DNA of 34,928 nucleotides from a virus (Duplodnaviria; Heunggongvirae; Uroviricota; Caudoviricetes): IMG/VR virus record IMGVR_UViG_3300026224_000021; one strand, 5' to 3'. Shown piece by piece: positions 25,947 to 33,974 of this stretch (position 1 is its first letter; each line of letters starts with the position of its first letter). The notes under the pieces were generated by a model. It saw only the letters and a program-made list of their open reading frames with translations, ran no database searches and was not told where the DNA came from. The position numbers and the translations under genes were made by a program.

Positions 25947-28686
25947 TTCCACTGGTCAGGCCACCCCGCAGCAGGTCTGCTTTGCGGTGGGCGCGTTCAG
26001 TGGTTTCACTGATTCTTTGTGCATGCTCTGCGTCACGGATGGCGCGCAGCATGTCAGAAAGCACGGTAACGGGTGTTTTCATGGTGTTCTGGTCTTGCTG
26101 AAGTGTGGATGCCAGGCGTGCGGCGGCTTCGGGGTCTGATGCCCCCAGCTGTTCCAGATAGCTGGCGACCGGGTTATGACGGATCTCCGTGCTGCTTACG
26201 CCGTGATTGCGGCTCAGGCGCTGCCAGAGCTGCGTGATTCGGCTGTCCGGGCGGGTATCCGGTTTGCGTACAATTTCAAATCCCTGCGGTGCAATGATGC
26301 TGCCGTCAACGTACAGGCTGCCGCCCCGTAACAGGTGCTGCATCTGCTGTTCACCGATATGCAGGCCGAGAGATTCGGCAGACTCCCGCCATTCTTTAGC
26401 GAGTAATTCGTGGTTATCAGGCAAAGGCCGCTGCTGTTTGCGGCTCTGTGTCCAGCTCTGCATTTCATCACTGCTGTTTTTTGCCTGTTTGTCACGCAGC
26501 GAACGCATCAGCGCCCGGCGTTCGTGCCGTTTCAGTGAGCGCATCCATTCGTTCACTTCAACGCCGTCAGGGAGCTGCGGCCACGGTGCTGGCCGTTCTT
26601 CCGGCTGTTCTGTCCCGTTGTTGTCCGTTTCCTGTACACGGGGACAGTTATTGCCACGAGTCCAAGGGGCGGCAGGGCCGCCCTGAAGGTCAAAACCATT
26701 TTCGCGGGCGCTGTCTTCCGCTTCCGGTTTGCGTCTTACCAGCTTCCAGTTATCCGGATGCGTGCATACGCGGGAAGACTCCCCAATGAGCGGCGACCAG
26801 ATCCCGTAAATCTGTACGCTCTGTTCACCGTAATCGTTCAGCTCATCTGCGAGGTCGTAGGCGGTGCGAATCAGGTAGTCCTTGCGTGGAACAAGCACGC
26901 CACCCTGTTTTTCAATGTAGGTGGCAAAACACCCGGCATCGGCGGCAGCGAGTACCGCATCCATTGCATCATCTTTCAGCCGTTGCGGGCCTTCCGGATT
27001 GCGTGCCATCTGGCTGGCAAGGCGGCGCAGTTCACGCCACACCTGACGGGAGGGGATACCAAAGAACTGGAACTGACGGACCCGGTGAAGGCGCGCCCAG
27101 CCGATGGCGCGCTCCACGCTCTCGGCCATTGATTTTCCGGTTTCGTGGTCAACGCGTGGCTTGCCCGTTTTCGGGTCGATGCCATCCACGGCGCGGCTGT
27201 CCAGGTTCTTTCCGATGTAGGTAGCGATGTAGCTGGTTGGTGTGCCTTTTGAGCCGTCGACATACTCCGCCTTAAAGCGCGGAGTAATATCATTGCCCAG
27301 CTCGTGGCGGTCCTCCTGAATGGCAATATCGCAGACGTGGGACACGATGGTTTCAATCTCGTCCGGATGTGCAAAGACCATCATATGCCAGTGCACGGTG
27401 CCGTCATGGTGAGGCTCCACCGTGCGGATGCCATACCAGCGCAGGCCGTCGCGGTTCAGTTTTTTGCGGACCGCCGCAAAAAACGTGTTAACCAGGTAAT
27501 CGCTGGAGTCGCGCATGGTGGCCCCGTTCCATTTGGGGTTCGGATGACCGTTCTCCGTTGTTGCGTGGTATTTTGACGGGCAGGTGACGGTCAGAAACAC
27601 CGCTCTGTCGCCACGGGCTTCGGCCAGAAGTTCCAGTCCCTTCATGGTGGCCATCATTTCTGCCTTACGGTGAACCGGGTTACTTACTCCCGCGTAATAC
27701 ACCGTCTCGAGATCAATCGTGAACCCGTCTTCATTTTCCAGCATGAAACTTTTCAGGAAATCGCGTGTTTTCTCGCGCTGTGCGCGAAACTCGCTTAACG
27801 CATCCTGGCTCAGATAGGGTGATGTTTTTCTGGAAACCAGACAGGCGGCGCGGAGTTGTTCTTCTCTCCACTCGCAACGTAACAGCCACAGTTTGCGTTT
27901 CCACCAGTCCGCACAGGTCAGGCGGAGGATTGCGCCCGGTAACAGTTCCGTATTCGGATCGCTCTTGTTCAGGGCTTCGTAATGTGGCGGCATGATGTGC
28001 AGGCATAATGCGATACGGGCTAGCATCCGGTAAGCCTTCAACATTACATCCATGGTCAGCTCGCCATCTCTGGCACCAAAGCCATCGCAGAGTGTTTCAA
28101 AGGTGCTGCTGAACATCGCCGCCGTCATGGTGGCCAGCGTCTGTATCTGGTGCTTGTTGAGCTGCGGCAGGTAAAGCAAATCGTCCAGGCGTTCTCGCCC
28201 GGCAAGGGAGCGATAACCCGGTGTCAGCCAGCGTCCGTCAGTGCGATCCAGACGTTCGAATATTTTGCGCAGGGTTCCGCGTGCATAGCGTTCCGCCTGC
28301 CAGCTCTTTTTGCCTTTCTGGCGATCGGCTTCCTGTTTTTTGCGCAGGAAGGAGAGGTGGCGAATAAGCGGATCGCGCAGATAGGATGGCAGCAGGCGCA
28401 GCGAGGCCATGGCTTCATCCACCGCGCCGCGTGCCTGTTTTCTGGCTTCTCTGGCCAGTGTGATGGTTTTGTCCTGTTTTTCCTGTGCGTCCAGGCTTTT
28501 ATTAATCAGGTTGCCCAGCGGTGTGGCGGAGAACGCCGCATCAGCCATTTCCTGGCGGCGTTCGTTCTCTGCCCGGTAGGCATCCAGCCAGGAGGAAAGT
28601 GCGGATTCAGGTGCGGGGATCTCCGTTCCTTCACGTCCTACTGCGTGGCGCGGTTGTTGCCAGTCCCTGATGTACTCTGTCGTCAT
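25879..28686 (-). CDS. A: replication initiation endonuclease (gpA-like rolling-circle Rep)
   Basis: 935-aa ORF with HUH-type motif HWHMMVF and paired tyrosines YIATY as in P2 A / phiX174 A-type Rep proteins; has a C-terminal extension relative to P2 A (about 761 aa). Confidence 0.75.
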   Translation of the reverse strand: MTTEYIRDWQQPRHAVGREGTEIPAPESALSSWLDAYRAENERRQEMADAAFSATPLGNLINKSLDAQEKQDKTITLAREARKQARGAVDEAMASLRLLPSYLRDPLIRHLSFLRKKQEADRQKGKKSWQAERYARGTLRKIFERLDRTDGRWLTPGYRSLAGRERLDDLLYLPQLNKHQIQTLATMTAAMFSSTFETLCDGFGARDGELTMDVMLKAYRMLARIALCLHIMPPHYEALNKSDPNTELLPGAILRLTCADWWKRKLWLLRCEWREEQLRAACLVSRKTSPYLSQDALSEFRAQREKTRDFLKSFMLENEDGFTIDLETVYYAGVSNPVHRKAEMMATMKGLELLAEARGDRAVFLTVTCPSKYHATTENGHPNPKWNGATMRDSSDYLVNTFFAAVRKKLNRDGLRWYGIRTVEPHHDGTVHWHMMVFAHPDEIETIVSHVCDIAIQEDRHELGNDITPRFKAEYVDGSKGTPTSYIATYIGKNLDSRAVDGIDPKTGKPRVDHETGKSMAESVERAIGWARLHRVRQFQFFGIPSRQVWRELRRLASQMARNPEGPQRLKDDAMDAVLAAADAGCFATYIEKQGGVLVPRKDYLIRTAYDLADELNDYGEQSVQIYGIWSPLIGESSRVCTHPDNWKLVRRKPEAEDSARENGFDLQGGPAAPWTRGNNCPRVQETDNNGTEQPEERPAPWPQLPDGVEVNEWMRSLKRHERRALMRSLRDKQAKNSSDEMQSWTQSRKQQRPLPDNHELLAKEWRESAESLGLHIGEQQMQHLLRGGSLYVDGSIIAPQGFEIVRKPDTRPDSRITQLWQRLSRNHGVSSTEIRHNPVASYLEQLGASDPEAAARLASTLQQDQNTMKTPVTVLSDMLRAIRDAEHAQRISETTERAHRKADLLRGGLTSGNKKQTETGFTNPVNEQKTRHKT

Positions 28687-28692
28687 ACTGAT

Positions 28693-29058
28693 TTACTTCG
28701 TCATGCCATTCAGAGTGTCACGGCAAACGGCAGCCAGCCGCTGAATCTCCAGCACAGTGTCTTCTGTGTCGGCATGGTGGTGTGTGATGCGGATACTGTC
28801 GGCAATCACATCGACGATCGCAGAGGATGGGCGCTGGTAAATGCCAATAACGGACGGGGTGCCGCCTTCAATGCGGTAAAGCCTGTAATTTCCCTCGTGG
28901 CTGTCAATCATGTAGCGACCATCAATAACAATCTTTCCGTCAGCGAGCTGCGGTACAGGCAGGGATTTCAGGTACATGTCATAACGGTCACGCACGCGAA
29001 CGGCAAGATCACGCTCTGTGTTGAGCAGGTATTCAAGAAAGTCGTTGGCGAGAATCAT
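28693..29058 (-). CDS. hypothetical early protein upstream of A
   Basis: about 121 aa from the ATG at 29058 (AAGAGGA Shine-Dalgarno); stop 7 nt before the A start; the longer 326-aa ORF is judged an artefact. Confidence 0.5.
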   Translation of the reverse strand: MILANDFLEYLLNTERDLAVRVRDRYDMYLKSLPVPQLADGKIVIDGRYMIDSHEGNYRLYRIEGGTPSVIGIYQRPSSAIVDVIADSIRITHHHADTEDTVLEIQRLAAVCRDTLNGMTK

Positions 29059-29131
29059 TGCGGCAATCCTCTTTACTACAGATGTGCGAAGGCCTCCCGC
29101 CGCAAGGTGCAGGAAAGGCCCGGAACAGGAA

Positions 29132-29362
29132 TTAATGGAGTTTGTTTTGCTGCTGGATGAGATCCTGAAGAGACAGGAGGTCTTCCGCCAGATAGCTGAA
29201 TACAGCGGCGCAGTAGTCGGCTGAAATAGTGCTGTTGAGTCTGTGCAATGTGTTGGATTGCATGATAAAGGCGATGTGTGCAGCGCGGGTGAGTCTGCGG
29301 TCGATTTCAGTCTGGATGTGACGACGCTCTGCGATAGCGCGGTGCTGTTTGCGGTTTGCCAT
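29132..29362 (-). CDS. hypothetical small early protein
   Basis: 76-aa ORF with an AAGAGG Shine-Dalgarno, downstream of a 322-nt structured non-coding gap. Confidence 0.45.
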   Translation of the reverse strand: MANRKQHRAIAERRHIQTEIDRRLTRAAHIAFIMQSNTLHRLNSTISADYCAAVFSYLAEDLLSLQDLIQQQNKLH

Positions 29363-29531
29363 GGTGTGGCCTCTTTGGTTGTAAGTTTTGAAAACTCACC
29401 ATCCAGAGGTGGAAAACTCGGGGTGGTGAGACGTACAGGGTTTCCACAACCGGCAACCAAAGAACCCGGCCCGACCGAAGTCGGCCCCATACGCCCCACC
29501 ATAATTCGTGTGCGAAAAAGACGTGGCGATA

Positions 29532-29552
29532 CGGTACGCACAAAAAAACCGC
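29532..29552 (-). terminator. intra-operon terminator-like hairpin in the early region
   Basis: stem aaccgc / gcggtt with 4-nt loop; on the minus strand it is followed by seven U (plus-strand A-run 29532-29538). Confidence 0.45.
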
Positions 29553-29684
29553 TGGCGCGGTTGTGCGCTTTGGTTGTCAGCGGGGTGGAAATCCCGGCAC
29601 CCGTTTTATGAGGTGCAGCGGAAATGTAACCTGACTGATTGCGGCATGGCAAGCGGTTTTTTTGTGTGTGCATGTTCTGGTTTC

Positions 29685-29984
29685 TTACTGGTTCAGAAAA
29701 AAATCAAAAACCTTGTCAATGCGTTGCAGCAGCTCTTGCTGTATTGCTTCCGGCGTTTCCGGTTCGCCTGGCACCTCCAATGTCGCGCAGAAATCAGCGA
29801 TTTCATGATGGAGCGTCAGGCGAATGGCAGGAGCCGTGGTTCTGGCGTGCTCCAGCTCATCCAGCAATGCCAGCACAGCAGACGGCGAGAGCATTGCGCG
29901 AAATGCCAGTAATTTTTGAGGTGTTGCCATTCGTTGCAGGGCAAATGCCAGTTCGCGTAGCTTCTGGTGGTTGATGGTGCTCAT
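29685..29984 (-). CDS. hypothetical early protein
   Basis: 99-aa ORF, ATGA-coupled to the upstream 88-aa gene. Confidence 0.45.
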   Translation of the reverse strand: MSTINHQKLRELAFALQRMATPQKLLAFRAMLSPSAVLALLDELEHARTTAPAIRLTLHHEIADFCATLEVPGEPETPEAIQQELLQRIDKVFDFFLNQ

Positions 29985-30247
29985 GTTCTGGCTTCCTTCA
30001 GTAGCTGGTTAAACATGTGAGTAAGTGGATTGCTACACCCGAACGGCATCGGGTTTACGTGGTAAGAAGCCTGGCCTCCAGTTTTGCGAGCGCGACCACC
30101 TGTGCTGCGGTTTGTTCTGATGACTAAGCCGCCGCGCCAAAGTTGGCGTAACTCAGCATTAATGGCTGTGGTTGGAGTATTCAGTGCTGCGGCGATCTCT
30201 CCGCCGCTACACCCCGGATGAGTAGCGATGTAGTCCAGAATGGTCAT
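29981..30247 (-). CDS. putative winged-helix DNA-binding protein
   Basis: 88-aa ORF with a helix-turn-helix-like stretch GEIAAALNTPTTAINAELRQL; coupled to neighbours. Confidence 0.4.
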   Translation of the reverse strand: MTILDYIATHPGCSGGEIAAALNTPTTAINAELRQLWRGGLVIRTNRSTGGRARKTGGQASYHVNPMPFGCSNPLTHMFNQLLKEART

Positions 30248-30447
30248 CTGCGTGGCTCCTGTACTTGTCGGATAAGATTCACCCGCGCCACGTTGGTGGC
30301 GCAGAAATAAGTGCCGTCAGTGAGGTAGATGTGGTGCGCATCCTTTTCCGAACGATGTTTGTCGATAGTGGTAATCAGGCGTTCGTCGACCTCGTATTCA
30401 CGTCTTCTGGAGGTGAAACGAACGACGGTAAATTGCTTAATTGCCAT
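30244..30447 (-). CDS. hypothetical small early protein
   Basis: 67-aa ORF in a coupled chain of small genes. Confidence 0.4.
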   Translation of the reverse strand: MAIKQFTVVRFTSRRREYEVDERLITTIDKHRSEKDAHHIYLTDGTYFCATNVARVNLIRQVQEPRR

Positions 30448-30763
30448 TACACTCCCTTGCTTTATGTCCGTGTTTGAGCTTTTCTATTTCTTCTTTTTGT
30501 TCTTTTAATATTCTTATGGCTGTAAAAACATTAAAGCCCATAAAATGTGCTCTGTTCGCTAGTGGAATGCTGGTACCTTTGTTAGCTATATCATCTTCAA
30601 TATCAGTGAAATACTGACGTATTTCTTCTAGCGCGGCGCAGAGTTTTGTGAGATCTCGCCCTACATCATAATACGCAGTCCTTAGTATTTCTTGATTTGT
30701 CCTGAGCATGCTAACCTCATGTTTATATATGCGGATACCTCCGCGAGTGCGGATTGTTTTCAT
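30437..30763 (-). CDS. hypothetical protein in an AT-rich island
   Basis: 108-aa ORF in visibly AT-rich DNA; weak ribosome binding site. Confidence 0.4.
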   Translation of the reverse strand: MKTIRTRGGIRIYKHEVSMLRTNQEILRTAYYDVGRDLTKLCAALEEIRQYFTDIEDDIANKGTSIPLANRAHFMGFNVFTAIRILKEQKEEIEKLKHGHKARECNGN

Positions 30764-30798
30764 GTTTTCTTATTTAATCTGGTGTTTTGTTTGTGCAG

Positions 30799-30912
30799 TT
30801 ATTCGTCAGAGAAAAAACGCTCAATCTTTTTCACTGAATGAATAATTCGCATAATGCCAATGGTGCAGACCACCGAAATAATCAGAATAAGCCATGACAT
30901 AAATATACTCAT
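30799..30912 (-). CDS. 37-aa hydrophobic membrane peptide (not in the supplied ORF track)
   Basis: manual translation MSIFMSWLILIISVVCTIGIMRIIHSVKKIERFFSDE: one predicted transmembrane helix plus charged tail; ATG overlaps the TGA of the upstream 80-aa gene; GGGGA Shine-Dalgarno-like sequence upstream. Confidence 0.4.
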   Translation of the reverse strand: MSIFMSWLILIISVVCTIGIMRIIHSVKKIERFFSDE

Positions 30913-31151
30913 GCGATATTCCCCAGTTTATATGGTTCAATGCGAACCCCGTATTCTGTGTCCCGGACAAGTTCGGAAAGCTCGTTAATCGCATCCAAAT
31001 CGTCAGCGTAAAAGGCCACGTCATAAAGGCTTCTGATTGCCCTTGCTAATGAATCATAGGCCGCGTGTTCTGCCTGGACTCCTGATGTGTTTAAGCGAAA
31101 ATGAAAACGCTCAAGTGCTTTATTGACGAGAGTCTTGTATTCCTGGTCCAT
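30909..31151 (-). CDS. hypothetical small early protein
   Basis: 80-aa ORF; its stop overlaps the start of the small membrane peptide. Confidence 0.45.
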   Translation of the reverse strand: MDQEYKTLVNKALERFHFRLNTSGVQAEHAAYDSLARAIRSLYDVAFYADDLDAINELSELVRDTEYGVRIEPYKLGNIA

Positions 31152-31162
31152 TGCAACGCCCT

Positions 31163-31441
31163 TTAATCTGCCTTATGGGTTTCAGCTTCTGAATCCATAC
31201 AAATAATTTCGATATAGGGTTCATCGCCATTAACCTGACGTGCCTTTTCAGCTTCGCTAATGATTTCTCGTACGGTCTGATACGGAAGCTCCACAGTCAG
31301 GCGCGTACCGTTCAGATAAACGTAAGTAGCTGCGTTTTTTTCGGATGGAACAACTCCGTCAATGGCTGATGCGCGTAATAACAGTTCACCGCGAAAATCA
31401 ATAAAACGGATAAATACACTTTGTGCATGGTCTTTGGTCAT
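31163..31441 (-). CDS. hypothetical small early protein
   Basis: 92-aa ORF in the early operon orientation. Confidence 0.45.
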   Translation of the reverse strand: MTKDHAQSVFIRFIDFRGELLLRASAIDGVVPSEKNAATYVYLNGTRLTVELPYQTVREIISEAEKARQVNGDEPYIEIICMDSEAETHKAD

Positions 31442-31451
31442 AAATCACCTG

Positions 31452-31802
31452 TTATAAATCAGCTTGTTTAATGAAATTCTGTCCGCGCAGCAGACGATCA
31501 ACCGTGCGCAGAGCTTCGTACAACGTGAAATCCTGTCCAAACTGATTGTCGCCGTTGCTCAGAGCAAAAATGCGGTTTCCGGTAAATGGGTTGCGTTGGC
31601 ATCTGTGAACCACGATTCCAGCTTTCTCAATTAGCCAGGTGTGTTCACCAATTTGTTTTACGGGATGGCCATCAGGTGTGGCGTGTGTTTCGCTCAGGCT
31701 GTAGCGAGAGCTGCTGCGTGATGCACTGGTGGCGAAACGGTTAGCGTGGCGTTCCGCCCCGTTGCGGAAGCGTTGCTGTGAAGAATTTCGTTGTTGCTTC
31801 AT
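31452..31802 (-). CDS. hypothetical early protein
   Basis: about 116 aa from the internal ATG at 31802; divergent from the plus-strand 155-aa gene. Confidence 0.4.
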   Translation of the reverse strand: MKQQRNSSQQRFRNGAERHANRFATSASRSSSRYSLSETHATPDGHPVKQIGEHTWLIEKAGIVVHRCQRNPFTGNRIFALSNGDNQFGQDFTLYEALRTVDRLLRGQNFIKQADL

Positions 31803-31944
31803 ACAAAAATATCCTGCTGCTGTTGCGAATTTGTGCCGGGTTTTAGCCATGCCCGGCGCATGGTTTTGTGGTATTTTTCCACCGCCCGCAGTCTTGAAGG
31901 GGCTGTAAAGGGCGCGTGTTTAACCAACCACAAAGGAGTTGTTA

Positions 31945-32411
31945 TGGAATTAGATGCTTTTGTGTGTCTGCGAATTTTTGAAAAACACTGCGAGCGAGTT
32001 GCTGAATCCTATCGTGATGTGCTGGATAAAGAAACAGCCAACTCAGCATTTGTTGCTACTCGAGCATTAATTCTCCTTAAATTGGATTTGCTACTTGTCG
32101 AGTATCGAAGAAATATTGATTCCAAGTGTGTAGTCCTCTTCGGAAAAAATGTGCTTTATCATTATCTTTTCACCCAAAAGGGTGTTTCATTGTCTGATGC
32201 CAAAAATATGTGTCTCCATGACATACTTATTGTTCTCTGGAATGATATTAATGCATATGTAATACCAGAGCATGTATCCGAGCGTATCCAGATTCTTTAT
32301 AAGCACGAGCTCTCATCTCCAATGCCTGATTTAAGTTATGAAGATGAAAGTCTGTTGCACTTTAAGGATTCTGCTTGGGATTTTTATCCTGCCGATACAC
32401 GACTGAATTAA
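31945..32411 (+). CDS. hypothetical protein on the lysogenic strand (moron-like, AT-rich)
   Basis: 155 aa from the ATG at 31945 with a strong AAAGGAG Shine-Dalgarno 7 nt upstream; visibly AT-rich; same strand as C and int, opposite to the early operon. Confidence 0.55.
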
Positions 32412-32970
32412 GAAACTCATTGTTTCTATCTATTTCAGCCTGGTAGGCCTCTAACTCATGCCGTAATTGTTGTTGTCTTAGTGGTAACCTGTTGCGGCAT
32501 TTCAATTCTGCTACAACGGTTTCCAAAAAATTTATCAGTTCTTCATCAGTGTATGAGCCAGCATAAATGTACGGTTTAGTGTTAGCGCATGTACAGTCTG
32601 CTGTTTCTTTAATGAGCATTGATTCGTCATCCATAATCTGTCGATAAAGTTCAAATGCTTCTTCGGCAGGAAACCTGAGCATGACGCCGCATACTGGTTC
32701 TAAAACCAATCCGAACGTTCCCTTTGCGTTATCCCGACAAAAATGGCCGTATTCATCGTCGGGATGCAGGGTGGCATCTTTCAAATCTTCGCCATTCTGA
32801 AGCTTTGATTTAAATGCCATCAGGTCAGCGAACGTTCTGTGTAATTCGTGGTAGTCAATGCTGATTTCAACCTGTGGTTTGCCCGGAAAAACCAGCAAAA
32901 GCTTCTGGTGTGGTTTTTCGTTTTTCAGGGTTTCCAGTCGTTCCAGTAGCGCTTTATTTTTGTGATTCAT
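32362..32970 (-). CDS. hypothetical protein, first gene downstream of cox-like gene
   Basis: 202-aa ORF with an AGAGG Shine-Dalgarno; its 3' end overlaps the 3' end of the convergent 155-aa gene by 50 bp; AT-rich. Confidence 0.5.
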   Translation of the reverse strand: MNHKNKALLERLETLKNEKPHQKLLLVFPGKPQVEISIDYHELHRTFADLMAFKSKLQNGEDLKDATLHPDDEYGHFCRDNAKGTFGLVLEPVCGVMLRFPAEEAFELYRQIMDDESMLIKETADCTCANTKPYIYAGSYTDEELINFLETVVAELKCRNRLPLRQQQLRHELEAYQAEIDRNNEFLNSVVYRQDKNPKQNP

Positions 32971-33074
32971 TCTACTGTTACCTCTTTTAACTCATTCAGG
33001 CAGTGTGATATAGCCCACTAACTGCCCGTGTTTGAAATAACGGCGACGAAAATAATGTGTTAACAATAAAGCAA

Positions 33075-33500
33075 TCATGCGGCCCTCGCTTTTTTAGTTC
33101 TGCTTCGTTTGCTATGTGTCGGCTTAAATAAAAACAGGCGGTTTTCCCAGTCATGCCATTCCTGCGGAGCGTTTTCGATCAAGCGATCACATGCTTCATC
33201 CCACGCTTTTCTGTTGATGTAGAGTTCAGCGTTTCCTCCTGGCCTAAGAGGGTCTGTCATATACACGGCTGGCAATTTCCCTGCTTTAGCCATGCTCACA
33301 ATGGCGCTAACTGTTTTGCCGATATACAGCGCAAATCCTTCTTTTGACAGGAGATGCGAGGGATTTTCTGAAAGTCGAATTTCTTCACGTTCACGTGCTT
33401 TGCGTTCTGTTTTTTGATGCTCCCCTTCTGGCATTTCTGACAGGCGATCGCATCGTGTTCCGCAAAGTGACTCAGGCGCGTTTTGAGTGCTTTCTTGCAT
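33075..33500 (-). CDS. cox: Cox-like regulatory protein (first early gene)
   Basis: about 141 aa from the ATG at 33500 (GGAGGA Shine-Dalgarno); divergent from the C repressor exactly as P2 cox; core GKTVSAIVSMAKAGKLPAVYMTDP resembles the Cox family. Confidence 0.5.
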   Translation of the reverse strand: MQESTQNAPESLCGTRCDRLSEMPEGEHQKTERKAREREEIRLSENPSHLLSKEGFALYIGKTVSAIVSMAKAGKLPAVYMTDPLRPGGNAELYINRKAWDEACDRLIENAPQEWHDWENRLFLFKPTHSKRSRTKKARAA

Positions 33501-33614
33501 CTGATATCCTCCGCCATTGGTGCTCTTTCTAATTGGCACTAGTTGGAACCACTTAGAACATTTGTTTGCTGTTCATATGTGGTGTTAATCTACACATATG
33601 TAGGAGTTTGTCAA
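33501..33614. promoter_or_regulatory. immunity switch region with divergent promoters and operator-like inverted repeats
   Basis: 114-bp gap between divergent cox-like and C genes; contains CATATGTG-N11-CACATATG and gaaca-N10-tgttc inverted repeats. Confidence 0.55.
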
Positions 33615-33908
33615 ATGGACATTCCTCAAAAAATTCGCGTCATGCGCAAATCTGAAGATCTCACTCAGCGGGAATTCGCTGATATGATTGGAATTTCTTA
33701 TTCTGCTCTGACCAGTTATGAGTATGGTCGTAACCTTCCTGGCCTCGAGATCACTATCAAGCTTTTCAAGCACCCGAGATTTTCTAAATACCGCGACTGG
33801 TTTCTGTTTGATGAAGTTGAACCCAAGGCCGGGCAGGTTGTACCGGCTCTCGCACACATTGGGCAAGGCGAAGCGGAATCATCCCGCTCCGGCAAGAAAA
33901 CTGGTTAA
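33615..33908 (+). CDS. C: immunity repressor (P2 C-like)
   Basis: 97 aa from the ATG at 33615 (TAGGAG Shine-Dalgarno); KIRVMRKSEDL...PALAHIGQGEAESSRSGKKTG parallels P2 C KIVLMRKSEYL...PALAHFGQNE..SGQKTG (from memory). Confidence 0.8.
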   Translation: MDIPQKIRVMRKSEDLTQREFADMIGISYSALTSYEYGRNLPGLEITIKLFKHPRFSKYRDWFLFDEVEPKAGQVVPALAHIGQGEAESSRSGKKTG

Positions 33909-33974
33909 CGGTTCACCAGGCATTTATTTCCCAGAGCTGTGATCAAGATGATGTTTTCATTGGAGGGCTTCCTT

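Noticed and set aside
28693-29673. 326-aa minus-strand ORF upstream of gene A
   Set aside because: It would swallow the 76-aa gene and a structured non-coding region. Only the C-terminal 121 aa starting at 29058 has a good Shine-Dalgarno; the N-terminal part is Ser/Thr/Pro-rich and looks like read-through of non-coding sequence.
30821-31024. 67-aa minus-strand ORF overlapping the 80-aa gene
   Set aside because: It is in a different frame from, and overlaps, both the 80-aa gene and the coupled small membrane peptide; its Trp/His/Tyr-rich sequence looks non-protein-like.
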